A stretch of 21,758 bases of DNA from Archangium sp. (GTDB taxonomy: Bacteria > Myxococcota > Myxococcia > Myxococcales > Myxococcaceae): contig JANLPS010000472.1 in NCBI GenBank assembly GCA_031367385.1, positions 1-21,758 on the forward strand, written 5' to 3'. Under the pieces are notes generated by a model. The model was not told where the DNA came from. It searched no databases and saw nothing but the letters and a program-made list of their open reading frames with translations. The first letter of the stretch is position 1; the number at the start of each line of letters is the position of its first letter. A program made the translations under genes and the position numbers. Shown in pieces: positions 7,058 to 15,683 of the stretch.

Positions 7058-8050
7058 GTGGCTGATTTGCTGACTCCGACTGACGTGCAGACCGCTGGTG
7101 ACGCAATCGCGGTGCTGAAGGCCGGGCTCAACCAGACCCTGCTCGACCAAGGCCATGTGGTCGATCAAGTCACGACCGCCATTCTGGCCCGCGGCCACGT
7201 GCTGTTGCAGGGCTTGCCCGGCCTGGGGAAGACAGAGCTGTGCAAGAGCCTCGCGCGACTGCTCAGCCTGCCGTTCAAGCGCATTCAATTCACGCCCGAC
7301 CTGCTGCCCGGAGACATCACCGGCACCTACGTCATCGACGGCGAGACCAAACAGTTTCACTTTCGCCAGGGCCCCCTCTTCGCGTCGGTGGTGCTGGCCG
7401 ACGAGATCAACCGCAGCTCGCCCAAGACCCAATCGGCACTGCTCGAAGCGATGCAGGAGCGCAGCGTGACGGTGCTCGGTACGACGCACCAGCTGCCGAA
7501 CCCGTTCTTCGTGCTCGCCACGCAGAACCCGATCGAGCTCGAGGGCACCTACCCGCTGCCCGAGGCGCAGCTCGATCGTTTTCTGTTTCGCGTCGAGGTG
7601 CCCGCGGTGGGCGCGAAGACGTTGACCGCGATTCTCACCCAGCGCACCCGCGGTGAATCACCGCAGCTCACCCCTGCGACTGATCTCGCCGGGCTCGAGA
7701 AATTATTCGGGTGGGTCGATCGCGTGCACCTGCCAGTGCCGGTCGCCGAGTTCATCGGCCGTCTGGTCGAGGCCACCCATGCATCGACTGCGAACGCGCC
7801 CGCCTCGGTGAAGCGCTTCGTACGATATGGGGCGTCACCTCGCGCGGCGCTGGCGCTGGCTGCGGCGAGCCGGGCGTGGGCGCTCAGCAAGGGCAAGCCC
7901 AACGTCGGCTTCGACGAGGTCAAAGACGTAGCGAGCGCGGTGCTCAATCACCGCCTGGTGCTCTCGTACGAAGCGGGGCTCGAGCGCGTCACCGCCGGTA
8001 CGGTAGTCAGCGAGCTGGTCGCGGCCACCCCCGAGGTGCTGCGTGCATAG
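7058..8050 (+). CDS. moxR: MoxR-family AAA+ ATPase (MoxR proper type)
   Basis: GHVLLQGLPGLGKT, RIQFTPDLLPGDITG, LADEINRSSPKTQSALLEAMQE, ATQNPIELEGTYPLPEAQLDRF and YGASPRA. GTG start with AGGAG at 7043-7047. Confidence 0.96.
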   Translation: MADLLTPTDVQTAGDAIAVLKAGLNQTLLDQGHVVDQVTTAILARGHVLLQGLPGLGKTELCKSLARLLSLPFKRIQFTPDLLPGDITGTYVIDGETKQFHFRQGPLFASVVLADEINRSSPKTQSALLEAMQERSVTVLGTTHQLPNPFFVLATQNPIELEGTYPLPEAQLDRFLFRVEVPAVGAKTLTAILTQRTRGESPQLTPATDLAGLEKLFGWVDRVHLPVPVAEFIGRLVEATHASTANAPASVKRFVRYGASPRAALALAAASRAWALSKGKPNVGFDEVKDVASAVLNHRLVLSYEAGLERVTAGTVVSELVAATPEVLRA

Positions 8051-9785
8051 CGTGGTGTGTGCCGTGCTCCTCGCGCGAGCGTTCGCCGACACCGAGGCAC
8101 CCGCGGCGCCATTGGGGCTGTATCAAATCGACACTCCGCAGCTGACGGTGGTCGGCGAGGGCCCGACTCGAGTCACCGTCGAGAGCCAGACCGCGATACC
8201 CCGCGCCAATGGCTTCGCGATTCGCTTCAGCATCGACAACTCGAAGGGGCCTGAGCAAGACCTGCGGCTGAGCTACCGCAGCAACACCGGCACTGGCGCG
8301 GGCACCATCTCGAGCAAGACGGTGGCACTCAAGGCCGGAGAGCGCCGCCACGTCGACCTGCCCACCCCTTCGACAGCCACCGCCGGGTTGGTCGAAGCCC
8401 ACAGCACGGTGAACCAGGGCATCGTGAGCATCTACTTCAATACGCTGGGGCCTGATCAGCACGCCCTGCTGGCGATTGGCCGCCCGGTCGAGTTCGAAGA
8501 GTTCGCGGGGGAGCCCCCGCATTTCTCCGAGGCCGGGGAGCAGCCCGCTTCGGCGCGCGCGGTCATCGTCGCTGCGGCCGACGCGCCAACCGAGCCGATG
8601 TCGTACAGCGGCTACGAGCTGGTCGCGATACCCGACCCGGGCACCTTCGAGCAGCTGTCGGCGAGCCAAAAAAGCGCGCTCGAGGCGTATCTGCTCGCGG
8701 GAGGCCTGGTGGTGATGCGCCCTGCGAACGTGGCGGGCGCGCTGCCGCTGCTGAACGGCAGCAACGAGACGAACCCCTATGGCCTCGGCACGGTGATCGT
8801 CACCGAGAAGACGCTCTCGACCGTCAACATTCCCTGGGCGCAGGCGGTGCTCAACCCACGGGCTTCGGCCGCTCAGTGGGCTACCCCGTCGCGCGCGCGG
8901 TGGCCGTTGCTGCCGCAGGCGACTCCGCCGCTGGGCGCTTTCTTGTTGATCATCATGGCCTTCACCGCGGTCATCGGGCCCGGCAGCGTGTGGGTCGCCC
9001 GGCGTCGCGGAGCCCCCGCGCTGCTCCTCACCATACCCGCGGTCGCGCTCGGCACCTGTCTGTTGATCATCGGCTTCTCGGTGTTCGGCGAGGGCTTCTC
9101 GGTGCACTCCGCGGTGTACAGCTACACCTGGCTCGACACCCCACGAAGCCGCGCGCTGACCGTCGGCGTGGGTGGGTACTATGCGAACATATCACCCGAG
9201 CCGCCCGCGTTGCCGTTGAGCACCACGGTGGTGACTCCGTGGGGCGACACGTCAGAGAAGCTCACGCCGGGGTGCGTCTGGGGCGAGGGCCTCACGCTGG
9301 GGGGCGAGGCGATGCCCGCGCGCGCGTATCGGGAGTGGGGGCTGATGACCGTGGAGCCCACCCGGGCGCGGCTCATCGTCAAATCGGTGGGAGACGGGCT
9401 CGAGGTGCAAAACGCGCTGGGCTGGCCAATCGTCTCGCTCACCGTGAACGTCAAGGGCACGCTGTACTCGGCGACCGGCATCGTCGACGGGGCCAGGGGC
9501 GCGCTGCACGCTCCGATGTACAGGCTGCCGAGGCTCGACGTGCCGACGCCGCCACCGGGAAGCTCGAGGAACGTCGGCGGGTGGTTCTCAACCCGATACG
9601 AGCTCGACTCCGACGAGCCCGAGCCAGCGCGGTTCAGCCCTCGGGTCGGTGCCACGTTCGATCGCCAGCTCGAGCCGGGTGAGTTCATCGCGTCGATCAC
9701 CGGCCAGGGGTTTTTCCCCACCGGGGGGGTCACCGCGGTGCTGCACGATGGCTTGCACCTGGTGCGCGGAGAGGTCTCGCAATGA
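8043..9785 (+). CDS. Exported/membrane protein of the MoxR-ABC cluster: signal peptide, extracytoplasmic region with a possible GATase1-like segment, two TMs, C-terminal domain
   Basis: Overlaps the moxR stop. Signal peptide (ARAFA-D); YSGYELVAI...QLSASQKSALEAYLLAGGLVV; TM hairpin FLLIIMAFTAVIGP...LLLTIPAVALG. Confidence 0.8.
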   Translation: MHSVVCAVLLARAFADTEAPAAPLGLYQIDTPQLTVVGEGPTRVTVESQTAIPRANGFAIRFSIDNSKGPEQDLRLSYRSNTGTGAGTISSKTVALKAGERRHVDLPTPSTATAGLVEAHSTVNQGIVSIYFNTLGPDQHALLAIGRPVEFEEFAGEPPHFSEAGEQPASARAVIVAAADAPTEPMSYSGYELVAIPDPGTFEQLSASQKSALEAYLLAGGLVVMRPANVAGALPLLNGSNETNPYGLGTVIVTEKTLSTVNIPWAQAVLNPRASAAQWATPSRARWPLLPQATPPLGAFLLIIMAFTAVIGPGSVWVARRRGAPALLLTIPAVALGTCLLIIGFSVFGEGFSVHSAVYSYTWLDTPRSRALTVGVGGYYANISPEPPALPLSTTVVTPWGDTSEKLTPGCVWGEGLTLGGEAMPARAYREWGLMTVEPTRARLIVKSVGDGLEVQNALGWPIVSLTVNVKGTLYSATGIVDGARGALHAPMYRLPRLDVPTPPPGSSRNVGGWFSTRYELDSDEPEPARFSPRVGATFDRQLEPGEFIASITGQGFFPTGGVTAVLHDGLHLVRGEVSQ

Positions 9786-10768
9786 GCTTGCTCGAAGTCA
9801 AAGGCGTGTCTCGGTTCTTCGGCTCGCTCAAGGCGGTCGACGACGTCAGCTTCACCCTCGACGAGGGCACCATTCTCGGCTTCATCGGCCCCAACGGCGC
9901 CGGCAAGTCGACCACCATGCGCATCATCGCCACCCTCGACGTGCCCAATGAGGGAGAGGTGACCCTCGATGGGCGCAACATCGTCGAGCGGCCTGATCAG
10001 GCGCGGCCGTTGATCGGCTACATGCCCGATCGCTACGGCACCTACGACGACATGACCGTGTTCGAGTTTCTCGACTTCTTCGCGCGAGCGTACCGGCTCA
10101 AGGGCGCGCAGCGAACCCAGCGCGTCGACTCAGTGATGGACTTCACCGGCACCCTGCCCCTGCGAAACAAGCTGACCTCGGAGCTCTCGAAGGGCATGCG
10201 CCAGCGAGTCGCGCTCGGTCGCACGCTGCTGCACGACCCCAAGCTGCTGCTGCTCGACGAGCCCGCCGATGGGCTCGACCCACGGGCCCGCATCGAGCTG
10301 CGGGAGCTGCTCCGCGCGTTGGCGGCGCAGGGCAAGGCGGTGCTGATCTCGAGCCACATTTTGACCGAGCTCTCTGAGATTTGTGACACCTGCGCGATCA
10401 TCGAGCAGGGGCGGCTGTTGGCCACCGGCCCGGTTCAGGAGGTGCTCGCGGCCTCGGGCGGCGCGGCGCCTCACGTCGAGCTCGACCTGAAGTTGCTCGA
10501 TGACTCGCAGGCGGTCGTGCAGGCCTGCGAGCGGTTGCTGCTCGAGCAGCCGCTGGTGAGCAAAGTCAGCCTGAGTGGGGGCCCGGTGATTCACGTACGC
10601 CTCGAGCTCCCGCCTGGCACCCCGCTCACCGCCCAGTGGAGCGACCAGGCGTGCGCGCAGTTGATCAAGCTGCTGGTGGCGCGCGAAGTGCCGCTGTGCA
10701 GCCTGAGCGCGAAGACCCTCGACCTCGAAGATGCCTTCATGTCGGTGACCAAGGGGCGTGTTCAATGA
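9782..10768 (+). CDS. ABC transporter ATP-binding protein (ABC-2/CcmA-like)
   Basis: Walker A GPNGAGKST, signature LSKGMRQR, Walker B LLLLDEP, H-loop ISSH; ATGA overlap with the upstream stop. Confidence 0.96.
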   Translation: MSLLEVKGVSRFFGSLKAVDDVSFTLDEGTILGFIGPNGAGKSTTMRIIATLDVPNEGEVTLDGRNIVERPDQARPLIGYMPDRYGTYDDMTVFEFLDFFARAYRLKGAQRTQRVDSVMDFTGTLPLRNKLTSELSKGMRQRVALGRTLLHDPKLLLLDEPADGLDPRARIELRELLRALAAQGKAVLISSHILTELSEICDTCAIIEQGRLLATGPVQEVLAASGGAAPHVELDLKLLDDSQAVVQACERLLLEQPLVSKVSLSGGPVIHVRLELPPGTPLTAQWSDQACAQLIKLLVAREVPLCSLSAKTLDLEDAFMSVTKGRVQ

Positions 10769-12177
10769 GCGCGCAACCGGTGCCCGACGCCTTCGACCGC
10801 TTCGGCCAGAGCGTCTCGGAGCGCGCCAGCCCGATGGTGGTCAAAGAGATTCGCCAAGGCCTGCGAACCCGCACGTTTTGGATCTTCTTCACCCTGCTGC
10901 TGATCGCTTGCATGGTCGGCGCGCTGATCGCCTTCGCGGCCAGCAGCACGGGCGAGGCCGGCGGTGGCGCGTTCATCGCCTTCTTCAGCATGCTCTCGGT
11001 GGTGCAGTTCTTCGTCATCCCCTTCACGGCGTATCGCTCGATGGCGCGCGAGCAAGACGACGAGACCTGGGTGTTGCTCACGCTGACCGGCATGGGGCCG
11101 CGCCGGGTCATCTTCGGCAAGATCACCAGCTTCGTGCTGCAGGGCGCGCTGTACTCGTGCGCGGCGGCTCCGTTCTTGTTGTTCAGCTATTTTCTCAACG
11201 GCATCGGGCTGCCCACCATTCTGTTCGCGATGTGCTTCGCGGCGGCGTACCAGGTGTTTTTGGTTTCAATCGCCGTGAGCATCGCGACCGCGGCGCACAC
11301 CAAGCTGATGCGCTCGCTGCTGCAGTTCGCGGTGCTGGCGATCTTGTTTCAGGGCTTGATGATGGGCATCGGCGGCGGCAGCGGCCTCGCTCAATTCTTT
11401 CGGCGCGACTCGGTCGATTTCGACTTCATCTTCGCATGCGGGTGCGTGCTGTTCGCGATGCTGAGCACCGCGGCGTTGCTCTTCGAGTCGGCCGCGGCCG
11501 GGTTGTCGCTCACCACCGAGAACTACAGCCGGGGGCCGCGCATCGCCTTTCTGGTGCAGATCATCGGAGGCACCCTGCTCTTCGCAGCGAGCGCGCAGGT
11601 GATGCACTCGACGCGAGTGCTGCCGTTCGGCTCGGCGCTGGTCTCGGCCTACGCGGTGTTCATCGGCACCTACATCGCGGCAGATCTCGACGGGCTCGCG
11701 CGCATTCTCGAGCCCAAGCGCGGCTCGGTGCTCAGCCCGGGGGCGTATCGCGGGTTCATTCTGGTGACCACCGCGCTGCTGCTGTGCAACGGCGTGTTGC
11801 TGGTGATGGGCTTCACCACCGAGACGCGAGAAAAAGACCTGGTGGTGATGATCGCGGCACCGGCGTTCGCGCTCTTTTACTTGGCGCTGCCGCATCTGGT
11901 TGGCCGGGTGCTGCCCAGGGGCTCGACGCCGCGACACGTCATGGTTCGCATCGTCAGCCTGGCGTGGCTGTTGGTCGGCAGCGGCCTGCCGCCTTTGATC
12001 GGGGCCTTGGTGAGCGCACCCGATGATGAATGGCTCAACCTGCTCAACCCCGTCGTCGGCATCGCCAACATCGCGCAGCGCACCGATAACCTCTCGATAC
12101 AGCTGGTGGTTATCTGGCTGGCGGCGGTCACCGCGGGCCTCGCGACGCTGGGTGTTTTGAGGCGAAACGATCGCTGA
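10765..12177 (+). CDS. ABC-2-type permease-like polytopic membrane protein (470 aa)
   Basis: Start moved to ATG 10765 (ATGA overlap with the ATPase stop). PMVVKEIRQGLR and SMAREQDDETWVLLTLTGMGPRRVIFGK are typical ABC-2 motifs; many TMs. Confidence 0.88.
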   Translation: MSAQPVPDAFDRFGQSVSERASPMVVKEIRQGLRTRTFWIFFTLLLIACMVGALIAFAASSTGEAGGGAFIAFFSMLSVVQFFVIPFTAYRSMAREQDDETWVLLTLTGMGPRRVIFGKITSFVLQGALYSCAAAPFLLFSYFLNGIGLPTILFAMCFAAAYQVFLVSIAVSIATAAHTKLMRSLLQFAVLAILFQGLMMGIGGGSGLAQFFRRDSVDFDFIFACGCVLFAMLSTAALLFESAAAGLSLTTENYSRGPRIAFLVQIIGGTLLFAASAQVMHSTRVLPFGSALVSAYAVFIGTYIAADLDGLARILEPKRGSVLSPGAYRGFILVTTALLLCNGVLLVMGFTTETREKDLVVMIAAPAFALFYLALPHLVGRVLPRGSTPRHVMVRIVSLAWLLVGSGLPPLIGALVSAPDDEWLNLLNPVVGIANIAQRTDNLSIQLVVIWLAAVTAGLATLGVLRRNDR

Positions 12178-12183
12178 GCCGCT

Positions 12184-12197
12184 CTTTTTCGAAAAAG
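12184..12197. promoter_or_regulatory. Perfect 14-bp AT-rich palindrome CTTTTTCGAAAAAG
   Basis: Lies immediately after the permease stop and about 50 bp upstream of the DUF4124 gene; function unknown. Confidence 0.3.
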
Positions 12198-12245
12198 GGT
12201 CTCTTCTGTATGAATAGACCTGCTTGGGCGGCCGTCAGGAGCCGC

Positions 12246-12776
12246 ATGCGACTCCTCCTGGCAGTGATTTTGACCCCGACGTTGGCCTTCGCGCAGAGCA
12301 TCTACAAGTGGGAGGACGGCAGCGGCACCCACTACACCGACTCGCCCGGCAGCATCCCCAAGACGGCGGCGAGGGTCGAGCGGGTGCAGGTCGAGCACGA
12401 GGCGGCGGTGGCGCCAGCCAGCACGGTGGTGGTGCACACCTCGAACGGCCGCGTGTGGGAAGACACCGGCGCGCTCAACGAGTCGCAGTGGAGAGACCGG
12501 TTCGTGGGCGCGTATCAGCGAATTCGCACGCTCGAGGCGGCGGTCGCGTCAAGCGAGGTGAACACCTTGACGGTGTGCCCGCCGTACAACCCGCAGCCCG
12601 GCGCGATGAACGTGCAGCCGCCGATGAACTGCGTGTCGGGCGACGTGATTGAGCGAATCAGGGCACGGGTCGCGCGGCAGAAAATCGAGCTGAGCGAGGC
12701 GAGAAATGATCTCGACCAGCTCGAGCGAAACGCGTCGATTGCCAGCGTGCCCCGCGAGTGGCGCCGGGGCTGGTAA
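12246..12776 (+). CDS. Secreted DUF4124-domain protein with a C-terminal coiled coil (176 aa)
   Basis: Signal peptide MRLLLAVILTPTLAFA-Q, DUF4124 motif IYKWEDGSGTHYTDSP and C-terminal ASVPREWRR; start moved to ATG 12246. Confidence 0.85.
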   Translation: MRLLLAVILTPTLAFAQSIYKWEDGSGTHYTDSPGSIPKTAARVERVQVEHEAAVAPASTVVVHTSNGRVWEDTGALNESQWRDRFVGAYQRIRTLEAAVASSEVNTLTVCPPYNPQPGAMNVQPPMNCVSGDVIERIRARVARQKIELSEARNDLDQLERNASIASVPREWRRGW

Positions 12777-12834
12777 CAAATCAAGCAGCCTCGCTCGATG
12801 AATCGCATCGTTGAAATTGCACCTTCCGCAAATG

Positions 12835-14100
12835 CTACTGGCCGTCGCACATCCACGGCTTGCGCTGGCAGACGTTGTAGCCTGACGAGGCGTTGCTCAC
12901 CGCTGCGCGCACCGCAGTCACGGTCGCGTTCGTTTTGGCACCGACCACTGTCTGCGCCATGACCGGCGCTGGCTTCTTGATCGTCGTGCCCGCCATGCCG
13001 CCGGCCAACGCGCAGCCGCCCACGCACAACGTCGTCGAGGGGGTGTTCGTGAAGACGATGTCAGTCGAGATGGTCTGAATCGGTATCGCGAGCTGGTTGT
13101 CGATGATCTGATGCGCGATCTGAATGGCCTGATCATTCTGATTTCGAAAGGCGATGTCTTGCGCATTGTTCGGAGTGATTTGCGCCAGGTAGGTCTGCGC
13201 TCCTTCGAGCTTCGCCCGAATCACGTTCAAGGCTTCTTGCGCCGTGGCCGTCGAGACGTTGTCTAGACCGATCAAGGCACGAACCGACTGGCCATCTGAA
13301 TAGCTGAGCGAAACGCTCTGCTGCATGAACCGCTCGAGGGTGAAGTAGCCACCGTTCGGCAACTGCACCGAGAAATCAGAATCGGCGAGCAACTGCTGCA
13401 CCAGCGACGGGTTCGCGAGCTGCGTCAGCAGGGTATTCACTGCGCCACTGGTCGTATTGTAGGTGCCAAGCCGGTTGGTGGCGTCTCGGTCGTAGTAGTT
13501 CGAAATGAGACCAGGCACGTCTTCAGGGTGGGTGGTCGCCGCGTTGATGACGATGCTCCCGAAGGCGGCTTGGCTCGTCGCAAAGGCGATCGCTTCAGAG
13601 GCATGAAAGAAGTGACCGTACGACGAGTACGAGTTCGCGCCTTCGACCATGAAGTTGAGCGGCCCATCGTTGAGCGTTTGATCACGGTGAACGAGCTCAT
13701 GAATCACCGCCCAGAACTGCTCCGAGGGAGTGAGCGTCGCGTTGAGACGCAAGTCAGAGATGCCGAAGAGATTTGGCACGAACGCCGCGCGCGACCCAAG
13801 GTCGGGGACGATGCTGATCTTCGTGTCGCCGTTGGTTGCGGCCGAAACGATGTTGGTCAGCTGGCGAACGTCTTCGGAGGCCGCCGCAACCGGTGCATTC
13901 GCCATTGGCGCGGTGGGCGTGATTTCAAGCTGGCCCAACATCGTGGCTGAATAGACGACCTGAAACCCCTCGATTCGGCTGAAGTTCTCTTGCGGTGCAA
14001 AACCGCCATTGTACGGAACACCGACCTCAAAGCCGTGGGCTGACGCGGCCACGACTGCGACGAGGGCAGAGAAGCGGTTGAAGCGGTTGAAGCGAGTCAT
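12835..14100 (-). CDS. Secreted hypothetical protein with a HExxH zinc-metallopeptidase-like motif (421 aa)
   Basis: Start moved to ATG 14100 gives a clean signal peptide (MTRFNRFNRFSALVAVVAASAHG-F). AVIHELVHRDQ is followed by SEAIAF; Cys-containing tail. Confidence 0.7.
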   Translation of the reverse strand: MTRFNRFNRFSALVAVVAASAHGFEVGVPYNGGFAPQENFSRIEGFQVVYSATMLGQLEITPTAPMANAPVAAASEDVRQLTNIVSAATNGDTKISIVPDLGSRAAFVPNLFGISDLRLNATLTPSEQFWAVIHELVHRDQTLNDGPLNFMVEGANSYSSYGHFFHASEAIAFATSQAAFGSIVINAATTHPEDVPGLISNYYDRDATNRLGTYNTTSGAVNTLLTQLANPSLVQQLLADSDFSVQLPNGGYFTLERFMQQSVSLSYSDGQSVRALIGLDNVSTATAQEALNVIRAKLEGAQTYLAQITPNNAQDIAFRNQNDQAIQIAHQIIDNQLAIPIQTISTDIVFTNTPSTTLCVGGCALAGGMAGTTIKKPAPVMAQTVVGAKTNATVTAVRAAVSNASSGYNVCQRKPWMCDGQ

Positions 14101-14229
14101 GACAATCCTGGGTCGAGAGGTACGGTTCGGGAGCGGCACTGCTCCTGACACGCCCGGCCCGACAAATGCCTCACCAGGCACCGCTGCTCACCCAAGGTCA
14201 GCTTCTAAGTTTTCGAATTCACGTGCGTT

Positions 14230-14260
14230 TCGAGCCCGCGCGAAGACGCTCGAGCCCGCG
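14230..14260. repeat. Direct repeat TCGAGCCCGCG x2 with 20-bp period
   Basis: Copies at 14230-14240 and 14250-14260, intergenic and upstream of the HExxH gene. Confidence 0.5.
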
Positions 14261-14382
14261 GCCGACGAGCTGCGGAGGGGGCGACGTGGTGGCGCGAATG
14301 ATCTTGATCAGCCCACCGGGTCGAACGCCCGGGGCCCGAACCGCGCAGGGAGCCCCGCGCAGCCTGAGGCGCTCGAAGAAGG

Positions 14383-15606
14383 TTACGGGGCGGGCGCGGG
14401 CGTACCACCCGCCATCGCTTCGACGTGCGCCGTGGCCTCGGCCAGGTAGGCCAACCGCCGCACCTTGATCTCATCGGGCAGCTCGGCGAACGCGCGAAAC
14501 GCATCGCCCAAAATCGGCCGGTTGCCATTGGTCGCCACGTGCGCGAGGTCTTGCGCCATCTCGGCCGAGTCGACCGCTTCTTCCCAGTTGTTGTCGGGGT
14601 TGAAGCCCGCCTCGAGCAGCGACATGAACAACGTCGCCGCCGCCAACCGCATGCGCAGCTCGCCCACCAAATCGAGCGCCTCTTTGGTCGCCCGAAGCTC
14701 GAGCAAGGCACCCGTGATGCGCGGGTCGACGTCACCCGTCGGGTCATCGACGTCGAGCGCCTCTTTGAGCAACGCGTCGAGCAGATCAATCGCGCCCGCT
14801 GAGGGCTCGACCGCCGTGCCCACTTCGCGCAGGTACATCACCGCCACCGCGCTGTCGGGCCCGCCGTGCTTGATGACGTCTTTGGCCTTCTCGATGGCCT
14901 GGTTGTCAGGCACCGGGCGACGGCCCTCGAGCCGCGTCTTCACCGCCTCGCGGTAGAGGTGCTCGAGCGAGGTGCCAGGCTGCATGCGCGCCGGCAACTG
15001 CGGTCGCAAACCGGGTACGTCGAGCACCCACAGCGGCGGGTTGGCGATGTGCTTCATCGCGCGAAACAGCAACGTGCCAGGAGGGTCTTGCGGCCGAAAC
15101 GGCGGCAGCTCGGGCTCGTTCGAGGTCGGCGAGGTGCCGAGCACCTTGGCGCGTTGCTCGCGGGTGAAGCTGGTCACGCCCACCGCGGGCGGAGGCGGGG
15201 GCGGCGGCGCGTCTTCTCCGTCGAGGCCTGTCACCCGGTCCATGTCGACGTCGTCGAACTCGAGGCCCTCGAGGCCCTTCGCGCCGGTGAAGTCACAGCG
15301 CAGCAACTTCAATTTCTCGAACGTCGCGCCCTCGAGGTTCGCGCCTCGAAAATCGCAGTCTTGCAACCGGCCACCGACGAAATACGCGTTCGACAAATCG
15401 GCGTCGCGAAAGGTGACCTTCGAGAGGTCGCACTTCTCCCACTCGCTGCCGATGAGCATCAGCCCCGAGAGGTCGGCGTTGGCTGAAAACAACTGGGGAA
15501 ACGTCGCGCCGGTGTGGTCGAGCGGCACCTTGCCGTCTTTGCGCAGCTGGTTCCACTGGCGGGAGCCGGATTTGAGGAGCTCTTCGATGCTGAGCGACTT
15601 GGCCAT
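14383..15606 (-). CDS. Pentapeptide-repeat protein with a poly-Pro linker and uncharacterised helical C-terminal domain
   Basis: A(D/N)Lxx repeats (ADLSG, CDLSK, ADLSN, CDFRG, ANLEG, CDFTG), then PPPPPPP and about 250 aa of unknown sequence. Confidence 0.88.
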   Translation of the reverse strand: MAKSLSIEELLKSGSRQWNQLRKDGKVPLDHTGATFPQLFSANADLSGLMLIGSEWEKCDLSKVTFRDADLSNAYFVGGRLQDCDFRGANLEGATFEKLKLLRCDFTGAKGLEGLEFDDVDMDRVTGLDGEDAPPPPPPPAVGVTSFTREQRAKVLGTSPTSNEPELPPFRPQDPPGTLLFRAMKHIANPPLWVLDVPGLRPQLPARMQPGTSLEHLYREAVKTRLEGRRPVPDNQAIEKAKDVIKHGGPDSAVAVMYLREVGTAVEPSAGAIDLLDALLKEALDVDDPTGDVDPRITGALLELRATKEALDLVGELRMRLAAATLFMSLLEAGFNPDNNWEEAVDSAEMAQDLAHVATNGNRPILGDAFRAFAELPDEIKVRRLAYLAEATAHVEAMAGGTPAPAP

Positions 15607-15683
15607 GATGGGCGGCTTCTACCGTCACCTCGCCTCGGGCCGCGACAATTTCTTTGCGCCTGCCTGCAAAGAGTTGCGAAGCC

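Noticed and set aside
8007..12026. Long alternative ORFs (8007..9107 minus, 8876..9682 plus, 10758..12026 plus)
   Set aside because: Arg/Gly/Ala-rich frame shadows typical of high-GC coding DNA, overlapping well-supported genes.
14071..14094. GAAGCGGTT tandem repeat as a phase-variation tract
   Set aside because: The 9-bp unit is in frame (RFN repeats in the signal peptide), so copy changes would not switch expression.
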